Assembly (NCBI GenBank): GCA_023334545.1
Contig: JAADVB010000052.1
Coordinates: 26,895 to 90,894, forward strand
From: Salisapilia sapeloensis CBS 127946
Taxonomy: Eukaryota > Protista > Oomycota
Direction of reading: 5' to 3'
DNA: 64,000 nucleotides
The notes beneath the pieces were generated by a model. The model saw only the letters and a program-made list of their open reading frames with translations, did no database searches and had not been told where the DNA came from. Of this stretch, positions 1 through 9,989 are shown piece after piece (positions within the stretch are counted from its first letter, which is position 1; every line of letters starts with the position of its first letter). Position numbers and translations under genes: made by a program.

Positions 1-121
1 CGTTCGCACTTATTTATTTATAGCTGGCGCCACATGCATTACTCTCGCCATTCTACCAGACTACTTGAACGGTGGGACATCTTCGCGTAGAGAGTCGGAA
101 GTGTGTGTGTGCCGGAGCTGC

Positions 122-1374
122 ATGGGTTGCCTTTCAAGTAAGCCTGTCACGGTGACGCCCCAAACACATCGTTTTCACGCTAGAACACAGGCAGGGACGC
201 TACTTTCCGTTGCTGTGGCAAAGCGAGGTCGGCGACAAAGCAACATCAATGACTCGGCGAACCTGGATCGTACAATGTCCTTTGGATGCAAAGTCCGACT
301 AGCCGACATCGACATTGAAGAAGAAATAGGAGCTGGTACCTTTGGAGCAGTCTACAAGGTCCATTACAAAGGAAAGCGTATCGCGATGAAGAAATTAATG
401 AACCAAACGCATTCGGCTCGAACGCTTCGCAACTTTAGGAATGAGTTGGAAATACTCTCACTTTTGACTCATCCGAACATTGTCCAGTTCCTCGGTGCAG
501 TAGTAGAACCACCACACTTGTGTCTACTGACCGAACTATGCGGTGGATCGGTCGTGGACCTGCTCAAAATGGCCGAGACGAAAAAGCTGAACATTACGTG
601 GGGTCTAACTATTGCTATTGCGCTCGACTGCGCCAGAGCTTGCAACTACCTCCATGCAAGAGACCCGATCGTCTTGCATCGGGATCTAAAGGTGCGTAGG
701 AGCTTCCTCTATCGATAGAACTGATCATTTGAGCTCTCGTTGGAACCATGTAGGGAGAGAACTTGCTTTTGACGGAAAAGTTTCAATGCAAGCTAAGCGA
801 CTTTGGACTCTCGCGGAGCTTAAAAAGGAACCACAACGCCAATACGATGTGTGGGACTCCACGCTGGTTGGCTCCGGAGATATTTCGAGGTGAAGACTAT
901 TCAGAAAAGATTGATGTCTACTCTTACAGCATCGTCCTATGGTACGTCCACCAGCTTTCCAACGCCAAAATTGGTTACTTGCAGTCTTCTCAAAAAATGC
1001 TATGAACTAAACTGTGGGATTCTAGGGAATTGTTTTGTTTCAAGAAGCCGTACATGGAGCATGACGCGATTACGTTGGCGTACATGGTGGCCCACAACGC
1101 CCTTCGACCACCTCTTTGTTCGCATATTCCTGATGTTTTGCAGCGCCTGATGAAGTCATGCTGGAACGAAGATCCAAGTCAGCGACCGGCATTTAGCACC
1201 GTCATCTTTCTCCTTGAAGAAGCCAAAGAACTTATTCAAACCGAGCTAGTCATTGACCTATCCAAGAGCTACGTCGACGCCGTCGCTCCAACAGTCAAAC
1301 TACGGCCAGCCACTTCTCCTGCAGCACCAAATGTCCGCCCAACACGCTACGGACTCGTGTCCGGCAAACTCTAA
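122..1374 (+). CDS. Tyrosine-kinase-like (TKL/MAP3K-type) protein kinase, 3 exons (introns 692-753, 942-1025)
   Basis: Spliced translation gives GAGTFGAV, AMKKL, HRDLKGENLLL, DFGLSR, GTPRWLAPE and DVYSYSIVLWEL. Both introns are GT-AG and restore the frame. ATG at 122 gives MGCLSSK. Confidence 0.93.
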
Positions 1375-1552
1375 TGCTCCGACGAGCACTAGTCACTGCG
1401 TCGGAGATGACGCAGCTCTTCTCTTGAAGTCCGAGTCAGATTCACAGTATGCGCTGGCCCAATCGTAGCCATTGAAGTCATCTCATCATCCAACCGCTTC
1501 AATTCCGATCTCGGGAAGCTCACTTTTTTATTAACCCTCAACGAACTACAAG

Positions 1553-2752
1553 ATGACTGGTAACTCCTCCCATGGCTTTGGCACGCGCGCCATCCACGTC
1601 GGACAAGAACCCGATGAGACCTCTGGAGCCGTCACCGTGCCCATTAGCCTCGCATCGACGTTTGCGCAGCAATCGCCAGGCGTCGTACACGGCGTCAACC
1701 AAGCATCGAGCTTTGGAAAAGGATGGGAGTACTCTCGAACGGGCAATCCTACGCGTGGGTCGCTGGAAACTGCTCTCGCTGCGAGTGAGAATGCGAAACA
1801 CGCAGTAGCGTTTTCCTCTGGCATGGCTGCTACGACTGCTGTCGTCCACCTGCTCAAGTCTGGCGATCACGTACTCGCCATTGACGACGTCTACGGAGGT
1901 ACCCAGCGGTACTTTCGCCAGACCGCAGGCCCGACGTACGGCCTGGACTTTAGTTTGATCGACATGACGGACGTGTCGAACATTGAGAAAAACATTCGGA
2001 GTGAGACCAAGATGCTGTGGGTCGAGAGTCCGACGAACCCGACGTTGAAAGTGGTGGACATCCAGGCTATTGCCGCGGTTGCCAAGAAGCACAACTTGTT
2101 CCTGGTCGTCGACAACACCTTCATGTCGCCTTACTTCCAGAATCCGCTAGACCTCGGTGCTGATATTGTCGTACACAGCATCACCAAGTACATCAACGGT
2201 CACTCGGACGTGGTCATGGGCGTCGCGATCACGAGTAACGACGACGTGTACACCAAGCTACGTTTCGTTCAGAACGGCATCGGCGCAGTTCCGTCCCCTT
2301 TCGATGCCTATATGGCCATGCGAGGGCTAAAGACCCTCCACATCCGCATGAGAGAGCACGCTCGTAACGCCCAAGCCGTTGCCGAGTTCCTCGAGGCCCA
2401 CCCAAAGGTTGAAAAGGTCTACTACCCAGGCCTGCCGTCCCACCCGCACCATGAGATCGCCAAAAAGCAAACGAAGGGCTTTGGAGGCATGGTCACTTTC
2501 TACGTGAAGGGCGGTCTCCAGAATGCTCGTGAGTTCCTCGAAGCACTCCAGATCTTCACACTGGCAGAAAGCCTCGGAGCGGTTGAGTCGCTGGCCGAAT
2601 CGCCAGCCATCATGACCCACGCGTCTGTGCCCAAGGAGCACCGGGAGAAGATCGGCATCCATGACAATTTGATCCGACTTTCGGTTGGCATCGAAGACCA
2701 GCCGGATTTGCTACACGACCTAGAGCAGGCACTCGAGGCCGTACGAGTCTAA
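1553..2752 (+). CDS. CTH: Cystathionine gamma-lyase (PLP-dependent Cys/Met metabolism)
   Basis: YSRTGNPTR, DDVYGGT, WVESPTNP, VVDNTF, PLP-lysine motif HSITKYINGHSD and AESLGAVESL. Intronless, 399 aa. Confidence 0.96.
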   Translation: MTGNSSHGFGTRAIHVGQEPDETSGAVTVPISLASTFAQQSPGVVHGVNQASSFGKGWEYSRTGNPTRGSLETALAASENAKHAVAFSSGMAATTAVVHLLKSGDHVLAIDDVYGGTQRYFRQTAGPTYGLDFSLIDMTDVSNIEKNIRSETKMLWVESPTNPTLKVVDIQAIAAVAKKHNLFLVVDNTFMSPYFQNPLDLGADIVVHSITKYINGHSDVVMGVAITSNDDVYTKLRFVQNGIGAVPSPFDAYMAMRGLKTLHIRMREHARNAQAVAEFLEAHPKVEKVYYPGLPSHPHHEIAKKQTKGFGGMVTFYVKGGLQNAREFLEALQIFTLAESLGAVESLAESPAIMTHASVPKEHREKIGIHDNLIRLSVGIEDQPDLLHDLEQALEAVRV

Positions 2753-2816
2753 TAGAACGAATGAAAATGAAACACTTTGAGACTGTGGCATGCTTTCCTT
2801 TCTCCAGTCAAAACTT

Positions 2817-3719
2817 CTACTTGTCCGAATCCGTTCGCTTGCGCTCCTCCTGCTCCTGCCGCGCACCGGCTGCTGCCATTTGCACCATCTCCGAAAACCG
2901 ACGACGAGTGTATCCCTGAGGCTTTTGTTCATAACTTTCGTCGTAACCTGCTTGTTCATTCGATCGGTAGGACCGGTCGTCTCGATAGTCATCCTTCCGC
3001 CGACTGGAGTACCCGTAGTCGTCTCGGCGGGATCGGTAGCTCCCTCGGTCGTCCCTGTACCTGTCTCTCGATCTAGACCTCGAGCGTCGTGGAGGACGCT
3101 CCGATCGCCTATCATAATCATTTCTCGAGTCGTAGTCTCGGCGCCTGTATTCATCATGTCCACGACGATCGTCTCGATACCCTCTTGGGGGCGGAGATCT
3201 GCCTCGAGAGTTATAGCTATTTTGTGGAGGACCTCGAGAGTCACGACTCGGTGGGGCATCGTAATCACGCGGTGGTGGTCTCCTATAGTCACTTGGTGGC
3301 GGGCGGCCATAGCCACCTGGGGGAGGACGGTTGTAGTCATTTGGTGGTGGGCGTCCATAGTCACTTGGCGGAGGACGGCCGTAGTCGCTCGGAGGGCGAT
3401 TATAGTCGTTTGGCGGTGGCCGACTGTAGTCATTCGGCGGTGGTCCTCTTGGCCGATTGCCACTACCTTTGTGTGGTCCTCTCCTGTTATATGATGGTGG
3501 TCCGCCACCGTTTCGTAGTGGACCTGGTGGCGGATCATCAAACTGCCCTTTCAGAGGCGGAGGCATCGATGGTGGTGGGCCCCGATCACCTCTGTCAGGT
3601 GGACCGCCTTGAGCATTGTCCGACAGTCTATTCGCCGGATCACTGCTCCGAGGTTCTCCATTGCTGGCAGTCATCCATGCCGGCAAAGTGGATGACCGAC
3701 CTCGTCCTCGTCCCGCCAT
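2817..3719 (-). CDS. Low-complexity Pro/Arg/Asp/Ser-rich protein (RS/RD-type), no RRM recognised
   Basis: ORF from ATG 3719 (MAGRGRGRSSTLPAWM). DY(N/G/R)RPP repeats are followed by an RSRSRSRDRYRDD tract. 300 aa. Confidence 0.75.
   Translation of the reverse strand: MAGRGRGRSSTLPAWMTASNGEPRSSDPANRLSDNAQGGPPDRGDRGPPPSMPPPLKGQFDDPPPGPLRNGGGPPSYNRRGPHKGSGNRPRGPPPNDYSRPPPNDYNRPPSDYGRPPPSDYGRPPPNDYNRPPPGGYGRPPPSDYRRPPPRDYDAPPSRDSRGPPQNSYNSRGRSPPPRGYRDDRRGHDEYRRRDYDSRNDYDRRSERPPRRSRSRSRDRYRDDRGSYRSRRDDYGYSSRRKDDYRDDRSYRSNEQAGYDESYEQKPQGYTRRRFSEMVQMAAAGARQEQEERKRTDSDK
3290..3470 (-). repeat. Coding tandem repeat, about 7 x DY(N/G/R)RPP(P)x
   Basis: The translation reads PPPNDYSRPPPNDYNRPPSDYGRPPPSDYGRPPPNDYNRPPPGGYGRPPPSDYRRPPP. 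On the + strand, gtagtc/atagtc...ggtgg units recur. Confidence 0.85.
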
Positions 3720-3858
3720 TTTGTCTGCTTTAGTTCGAAGCGCATCCGGACCATATTGGGCGCAAGATACTTTCGACACGACTTTCTGCCAATCAAGATC
3801 GACTGGCTGACAAGAAACTTTGACAACGAAAACCACAAGTGCTCAGGACGTTTCGACC

Positions 3859-4621
3859 ATGTCTGGATCGGGCCGAAAGTCAGCCTACAGGAAAGGAGTC
3901 ACCGACAGAGTGCTCTACGGAGACCCAGAGCCACAAGATAATCAGCAGATTGTGCGTGTGGTCGCGTTGCGTGGTAGCAACCTTTTCGATGTACGACGTC
4001 TTGCTATTGCGAGCACAATGCGAGTAAATCGTGAGGTATTAACAATGATGTAATGCTCCAGGTGCAAAATGGGAAAGGAGACCGCTTCTTAACGATGCTT
4101 CCGACAAAATTCCGCAAACTAATTTGGGTTAAACGAGGTAAATGACCACTTTCGCGCTTGAGCACAATGCAACACCAGTATGCTTACCTCACACATGTGC
4201 AAAGGCGACTTCCTGATCGTGTCTGAGAGTGGCGAAGATACGACGACTGCAAAGGGCACAAAAGGAGCCGTGAAGTCCATGATTGAGCACATCTTGTATA
4301 AGGATCAGATTCGTAACCTCCGTCAGAAGAACTTGTGGTACGATTGGATCAATCAAAACTATAAGGGAACACGCTCATCAAGCTTTAAATAGGCCAGAAG
4401 CGTTTGATCGACCTCGCAACGGTGCTGGTAAAACACAGTCGGAATCTGTAGCAGAAGATGAGGATGAAGAAGAAAGCTCTGAGAACGATGAAAAGGAGGA
4501 TGCAACTACCTCCAACGGGATTCAAATGGTCAATATGAACCTCGGGGCTATGCACATAAACCGCAACCGTCAGCAAGGACAGTATCTAGATGACAGTAGT
4601 GAAGAGGAAGACGATGACTAG
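3859..4621 (+). CDS. EIF1AD: eIF1A-domain (OB-fold) RNA-binding protein, 4 exons (introns 3991-4061, 4138-4204, 4338-4392)
   Basis: Spliced product: IVRVVALRGSNLFDV...LTMLPTKFRKLIWVKRGDFLIV...IEHILYKDQIRNLRQKNLWPEAF, with an acidic tail ending NRNR...DDSSEEEDDD. Confidence 0.9.
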
Positions 4622-4708
4622 GACATGCGTGGTACCATTTTGCATTCTTATTTGGCTTTGTCAAATACATTCGAACAGTTTATTTCCTTTCGTGCCACTT
4701 GAAGTATT

Positions 4709-5389
4709 CTAATGCGATATCTCACTCTCAGCAGCAATTGTTCTCATCCGTTTCTCTACTTCTTTCCTGTACTGCTTAAGTGCTTCAATCGCGTCACGTG
4801 CACGATTGTCAGGTGCAGGTGGAGGATCCAGAGCCTTGGGCGAAGTGGCATTTTTCCACGGCCTTTCAGCAGGTTTCGTTCTCATCGACCGAGAAGCGAC
4901 TGTACTCTTAGACAAGCGTGCAGCCACGTCACTGGCATTGGCTTGCTTTGCAACTAGCGTTTGTCGTGGATCGTACGTTCGATCAAGGAGTTGATGGCGT
5001 AATTTAGCACTTTCCTTCACACGTGTAGAAGAGTTCCAGTCTGCTTCGCGCTGTTCTTGCTGATAGGTGTGGAAACGAGGCTGAGCAATATGAGGAATGC
5101 CTTGGGTATAATCATATCCTCGAGAAAACCTTTTTCTCTTGCTTTCATCAATCATTCGTCGTGGATCAGTAGATCTAACTGTATGTCCATCCAGATAAGT
5201 TTGATAGTTGCCTGGATGCATATGCATGTAGTCTTGAGCGTAGCCAGATCTGTACGTAGGTGACAGATTACTCCATGAGCTATCTTGCGGTGACGACATA
5301 CGCTGAAATGCGAAACTATCGTCAGTGACTGAATCTCTGGTATCGAACTCGTAGCCTCGATTGGTACGAGTGTGAGAGGAAGACCGCAT
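4709..5389 (-). CDS. Hypothetical protein
   Basis: 226-aa ATG-initiated ORF occupying the gap between genes, with a predicted C-terminal helix. No family recognised. Confidence 0.5.
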   Translation of the reverse strand: MRSSSHTRTNRGYEFDTRDSVTDDSFAFQRMSSPQDSSWSNLSPTYRSGYAQDYMHMHPGNYQTYLDGHTVRSTDPRRMIDESKRKRFSRGYDYTQGIPHIAQPRFHTYQQEQREADWNSSTRVKESAKLRHQLLDRTYDPRQTLVAKQANASDVAARLSKSTVASRSMRTKPAERPWKNATSPKALDPPPAPDNRARDAIEALKQYRKEVEKRMRTIAAESEISH

Positions 5390-5467
5390 TGCGGTAAAAT
5401 ATTTTGATACAAACCTCTGTGCTCTGGAAACGCTGCATGGTGTCTATAAATAACTTCCACGTGCAGG

Positions 5468-7023
5468 ATGCAAGTACTTCAAATCAAACGCGGCAATTAT
5501 CTTTGCCCAACCTGGATGCTCCATAATGAAACCTGCCTTCTCGAACTGGTCAACCGACAAGGTATGTGCACTATATAGTTTCATATGGCTTATCCGTCAT
5601 GTTCATCCTTGATACATATACCTGAGACGATAGACACAGTTTTCAGATCTTCGGCTTCAAGCGACTAACCGCCTTAACAACCGAACTTCTCTTACTTCCA
5701 TATCTCACCACAAGAAGCAGTCGCGTTATGGCACTACAAATTCTTACTGGATACCGAATGCTGCGCATGGGAAGGCTCTGGTAGCTCATCATGGTAAGAG
5801 CGCAACGGTAGGCCAGCAACAATCGGATCTTCGAAGATGTCAGTCCGCTTCCTCCGTGCGTAAGAAGCTGTCACAAGCTGTAGAACGCAGCACTACAACG
5901 AATGACGCTCGCATGTCTGCTCTCCTCCAAGAGCGGAATAAGATTCAAGACTTGTCGCTGTCTGCTTCCGCTTGCCCTGCACAAAGCTCCCGGCCGACAC
6001 CAAAGACTTTATTAAATCGACAGAACACACACGGTGGAAGTCTTATGCAGCGAAAACCATCCCAAGAGCGCTTTCTTCTGGCTAAAGCAAATACAAAATA
6101 TACAGTTGAGACTCACAAAGAGCACATACGACATAATGCATCCGAGCTGGACCGAATGCTCTCAGATGATCTAAAGACGAGCTACGCTTTAAATGTAAGT
6201 TTCCATAGACGAATCCTACTATTATTCCAGATTTCCGCATCATTTGAATGGCATGTAGTCTCAGCACAGGTCAACCAAGAAATTGGAAGCTTGTCGTCGT
6301 GCATTTGATGCTGTTATAGAACAAGATGAGGTAAGTTTCACATATATCTACTAGCTCAAGAATCCCGCTTGTTATATCGACTGATGGCATTGCACAGCAC
6401 TATGCTCACGTGCTTGGCAAAGTTCGGGATATCTTCTATGCTCACTTCGATGCACCTCGATCGGTGATAGACAGCGAAAATAGTCAGTCGGGATCTACCA
6501 ACCAGTTATCTGCACAAAAAGATCTCGAGGCAGGTGCGATGTTTCCATCGCTTAATCTACTGGAGAATTCAGTAAACTCATGTGTGGACCTGGAATAGAA
6601 TGCTCTCGGTTGCAAGAAGAGAATGAGAACCTGAAAAAGCATTGTCAGAAGCTAGAACAAGATCTGCGTGGTCTCCAGTTATTCACAGAGGAACCTTCGG
6701 TTGAAAAGTCAGACAGCTGTGGTCATCTCATGGAAGAGGATGGTACATCAGTCTACATACCTTAATATTAGCTCTTCGCTATGCTGACTTGATCTATATA
6801 CAGGTTTAGCAGACGTCCACCTCATTGCACCAAGCGAGATGGACCAGAATGTCCGACCTAGCCAGTCGCACGGCATTCCCGTGCTCAATTTTGCCAACCT
6901 GTCTCCTTATGTAGATGTGCGCCTCTGGATGTCCATTCTCGATTTAGTCCGACCACTAACTTCCACAAGTAGACAGATGATGAAGGTGATGTCCAAGAGC
7001 TACAAGTTTCACCATGGAACTAA
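5468..7023 (+). CDS. Multi-exon hypothetical protein with a TSNAXIP1_N-like helical segment and coiled coil
   Basis: GT-AG joins keep the frame open. Spliced segment KLEACRRAFDAVIEQDEHYAHVLGKVRDIFY resembles the TSNAXIP1 N-terminal pattern, followed by coiled coil RLQEENENLKKHCQKLEQDL. Terminal exons are uncertain. Confidence 0.5.
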
Positions 7024-7102
7024 TCACATGCCTTTTTCACTTTCCAAACACTTTATTATTGTAGCTATATTACGAAAATATCTTGCACGACACGCCTTCT
7101 CT

Positions 7103-8890
7103 TCACCCTCTCTGCAGCTGTTGCAGCTGTTCCACCACTTTTTCCAGCACTTGCTGCTGCTGTCTCTGTTGGACGAGAAGCTCATCCATCACGCCATGCA
7201 CCTTTTCAAATGCCACGCTCAGACGGTAGATCAAGTACAGGGCTATCAGAGCGACCACTACAGTCGCCACAAACCACCCTCGGTAGCTGTCCATCGTCGT
7301 CCTGTTCACTACGGATTGGTGTCGAGGTACTGAAGTCTTGGCTTGAGGAGCTTCTGTAGACTTGGTCCGACTCCTGCCAACATTTCCACCGTCCTTGTCC
7401 AGTTCATCTTCGTCAATCGAAGGATAGAGCTCTGTCGTGTTGCTTGCCTCTGGAACTTCCATCGTCGCCAGAGACATGTCCTTTTCCACTTTGGCCGCAG
7501 CCTCCCACCACGCCACAGCCGACTCCTTGGCCTCTGCATTTGCCGAGCTCTCAATCTGTTTCTTCAGCCATGTGCTCTTGTTGAAGACGACTTTAAATCC
7601 GACCTGTAGGTGGCATTTATCGTTCTCGCCTACTGTATAGACCCAGCGACCTTCCGTTCGGAAGTAGTTGCAGTACGGCACGTCCGACACGTAGGTGGTT
7701 ATTGCGATTACGAGCCTTCTATCACTCTCCCACTTGTACCTCTGCTTGATGGTCGTCGGGATTTCACTCGGTCCGACCAAATACTTTTTATGGTGCGTAC
7801 AATGGACCTCCCGCATGCCGTCAAACGTGTCTGCTGAATCGACAGCCTTGTACTCCTCTGTCTCGTTCGACCATTCCGGCATATCAATGTCCGTGTCTCC
7901 ACCTTCCGTCAGCAGTCGGCGGTAGAAAGCAGACGACTCGATCCAGAGCTTGGAGTAGACCGTTTCCAGACTCAGCGGCAGCTCTCGGTCCAGGACAATG
8001 TCGTATTCCTCCAAAATGGCATCTGGACCAGGTGCCGAGTCCAGTTCCAATCTAGCAGGGGCGCTTGCCACAACGTTGCTTTCCTTGAACAACGGAGACA
8101 TTTTCACTTGTGGCGAAGGAGACGCTTCCACCTGTGGCGACGGGGATGCTTCTACTTGTGGTGACGGAGGCACTTCCATTTGTGGCGACATCTTTTCACT
8201 CGTCGCGGCGGATGAAGTGATACTGGCTTCCTCATCCTTTTCCTCCTTTTCTTCGAGTGCAGGTGACTTTGTCATGGCTGCAACCGTGTCCAGTTTGATC
8301 GTGTGAAGCTGTCGTAGACACTTGTAGCACTCGTCTCGAAAGACAAAGGACGCGAAAAATATTTTGCTTCCTTTGACCATGATCTCGATGGCGTTGGGGA
8401 CTATAAATGCTGTGTTTTTCTTCTCAATAAGACTGATGTCGACGTACTGCGCCACGTAGATCGTATCTCGCCACCCGTTGAAGCAAAGCTGGTTGCTCGT
8501 AAGGTAGAGTCGTCCGTGGTAGGGAAAGTTGGACAAGTAGAGCGCACACGAGTAGCTTTCGACGACTTGCTCGTCCTTGTCTAAATCAAATTTGCACTGA
8601 AATTCAGATTTCTCCATCGGTTTCCACTCTCGTACGCTCGCATTACTCTCCGGCTCGGAAAAAGTATCCACGTCAGCGTGTAATGGAGAGATCGGGAGAT
8701 CATGTTTACTCCGATCATTGCTTCGTAACGGCGAGACGCTGAGACTCGGCTTGCTCTTGTTGCCTCGGCCAAGTGACGTGTCCTGTGAGTCAGCATCCGA
8801 TGCTGAGCTCACGTCTGCGGCGGGATCATCTTGGACGACAGTAAGCTCCATTAGAGGAGGACGTTGAAGTGTGCTCTGGGAGTCAAGCAT
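7103..8890 (-). CDS. GRAM + VASt (StART-like) sterol-transfer protein, GRAMD1/Lam/VAD1 family, with C-terminal TM and coiled coil
   Basis: GRAM: ESYSCAL...GRLYLTSNQLCF...EKKNTAFIVPNAIEI...FFASFVFRD. VASt: DVPYCNYFRTEGRW, KSTWLKKQIE. TM: WFVATVVVALIALYLIY. Confidence 0.9.
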   Translation of the reverse strand: MLDSQSTLQRPPLMELTVVQDDPAADVSSASDADSQDTSLGRGNKSKPSLSVSPLRSNDRSKHDLPISPLHADVDTFSEPESNASVREWKPMEKSEFQCKFDLDKDEQVVESYSCALYLSNFPYHGRLYLTSNQLCFNGWRDTIYVAQYVDISLIEKKNTAFIVPNAIEIMVKGSKIFFASFVFRDECYKCLRQLHTIKLDTVAAMTKSPALEEKEEKDEEASITSSAATSEKMSPQMEVPPSPQVEASPSPQVEASPSPQVKMSPLFKESNVVASAPARLELDSAPGPDAILEEYDIVLDRELPLSLETVYSKLWIESSAFYRRLLTEGGDTDIDMPEWSNETEEYKAVDSADTFDGMREVHCTHHKKYLVGPSEIPTTIKQRYKWESDRRLVIAITTYVSDVPYCNYFRTEGRWVYTVGENDKCHLQVGFKVVFNKSTWLKKQIESSANAEAKESAVAWWEAAAKVEKDMSLATMEVPEASNTTELYPSIDEDELDKDGGNVGRSRTKSTEAPQAKTSVPRHQSVVNRTTMDSYRGWFVATVVVALIALYLIYRLSVAFEKVHGVMDELLVQQRQQQQVLEKVVEQLQQLQRG

Positions 8891-9457
8891 GTTTGTAAGA
8901 TGGGAAGGAAGACGCATTAGATAACAAAAGCCAGTACCGAATTGCAGCAAATTGCGACCGTATCATCAATTGGAGGTCCAAGAGCTGTTGGAAGTGGGTG
9001 TTTGTCAGAGCAAGGAGCTCTGGGGATCTGTTTAAAGCGTAGACTGTTGTATGTGGGGTCGTCCAGCAAAGGGAGCGAGGTAGACGCTCCGAGCGAGGAG
9101 GAAAGATCCGAGTACCTGTTAGGTTTTCAAGTCGTTTATTTTGCATTTCCTACACCATTCTGATGCCTTTTACGCCTACATTGCATACGAAACCCAACTC
9201 CTTTCGCAGAGTTAAATAGACTTAGAACGATAAGAAGATATTGAACTACAGTTTACAGACAAGATCTCGTCAGTTCAATCGCACTTAGCCGAGGTGCCTC
9301 GTTTTGACACCCGCATCGTACTTTATCCAGCCCCATAAGGTAGGTTTGCACTCGGTAAAGTACGAAAAGCGTAGCCAGTCATTTTGCCCAGGACAGCCCC
9401 AAGGACACATTTTTGGAGCAAGGCCTCTCTACTTTATCGAAAGGAACTTCTTGACAA

Positions 9458-9872
9458 ATGGGTTACTCGGAGCTTAGCGCCACGCAGAGGGATGAGCTAG
9501 TCACGTCGCTAGCCGTCTTGGCCGTCTACGACGCCGATGCCGAACTCTCGGCCGACAACATCTCGGCCGCCGTCACGGCCTCTGGCAACAAGGTCAACGC
9601 CTACATGCCGCAGATCTTCGCCGACTTGATCAACCGCGGACTTGCCGTTGACAAGTTCCTCGCTGGTCCTTCTGCCGGTTCGTTTTTTTAGATATAGTAG
9701 TATTCGTACGTTGTATTCACTCGGTCATATAGGTGGCGCTGCTGCTGGTGGTGCTGCTGCCGGTGCCGCTGCTGGCGGTGAGGCCGCGGAGGAAGCCGCT
9801 GCCGAGGAGGAAGAGGAAGAGATGGACCTCGGAGGTGGCATGGACATGTTCGGAGGTGGAGAGGACTACTAG
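9458..9872 (+). CDS. RPLP1: 60S acidic ribosomal protein P1, 2 exons (intron 9678-9732)
   Basis: ELVTSLAVLAVYDADAELSADNI..., an Ala/Gly hinge and C-terminal EEEEEEMDLGGGMDMF. Confidence 0.92.
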
Positions 9873-9989
9873 GGTGCTCGTCGACGCCTCTAGATCGGTA
9901 TGTACGCCTTGCCTCCGGAGAATGAAAAGATAATAGCAAGTATATTTCGTTCTCCCAAGCCGCCAATACTTCGTCTTCGTACCCATTGT

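Noticed and set aside
3290-3470. Regularly spaced short repeats that could suggest a CRISPR-like array
   Set aside because: They are in-frame peptide repeats of a eukaryotic low-complexity protein. There are no unique spacers and no cas genes.
9241-9280. ATTGAACT...AGTTCAAT inverted repeat upstream of RPLP1
   Set aside because: An 8-bp stem is expected by chance at this window size, and there is no other support.
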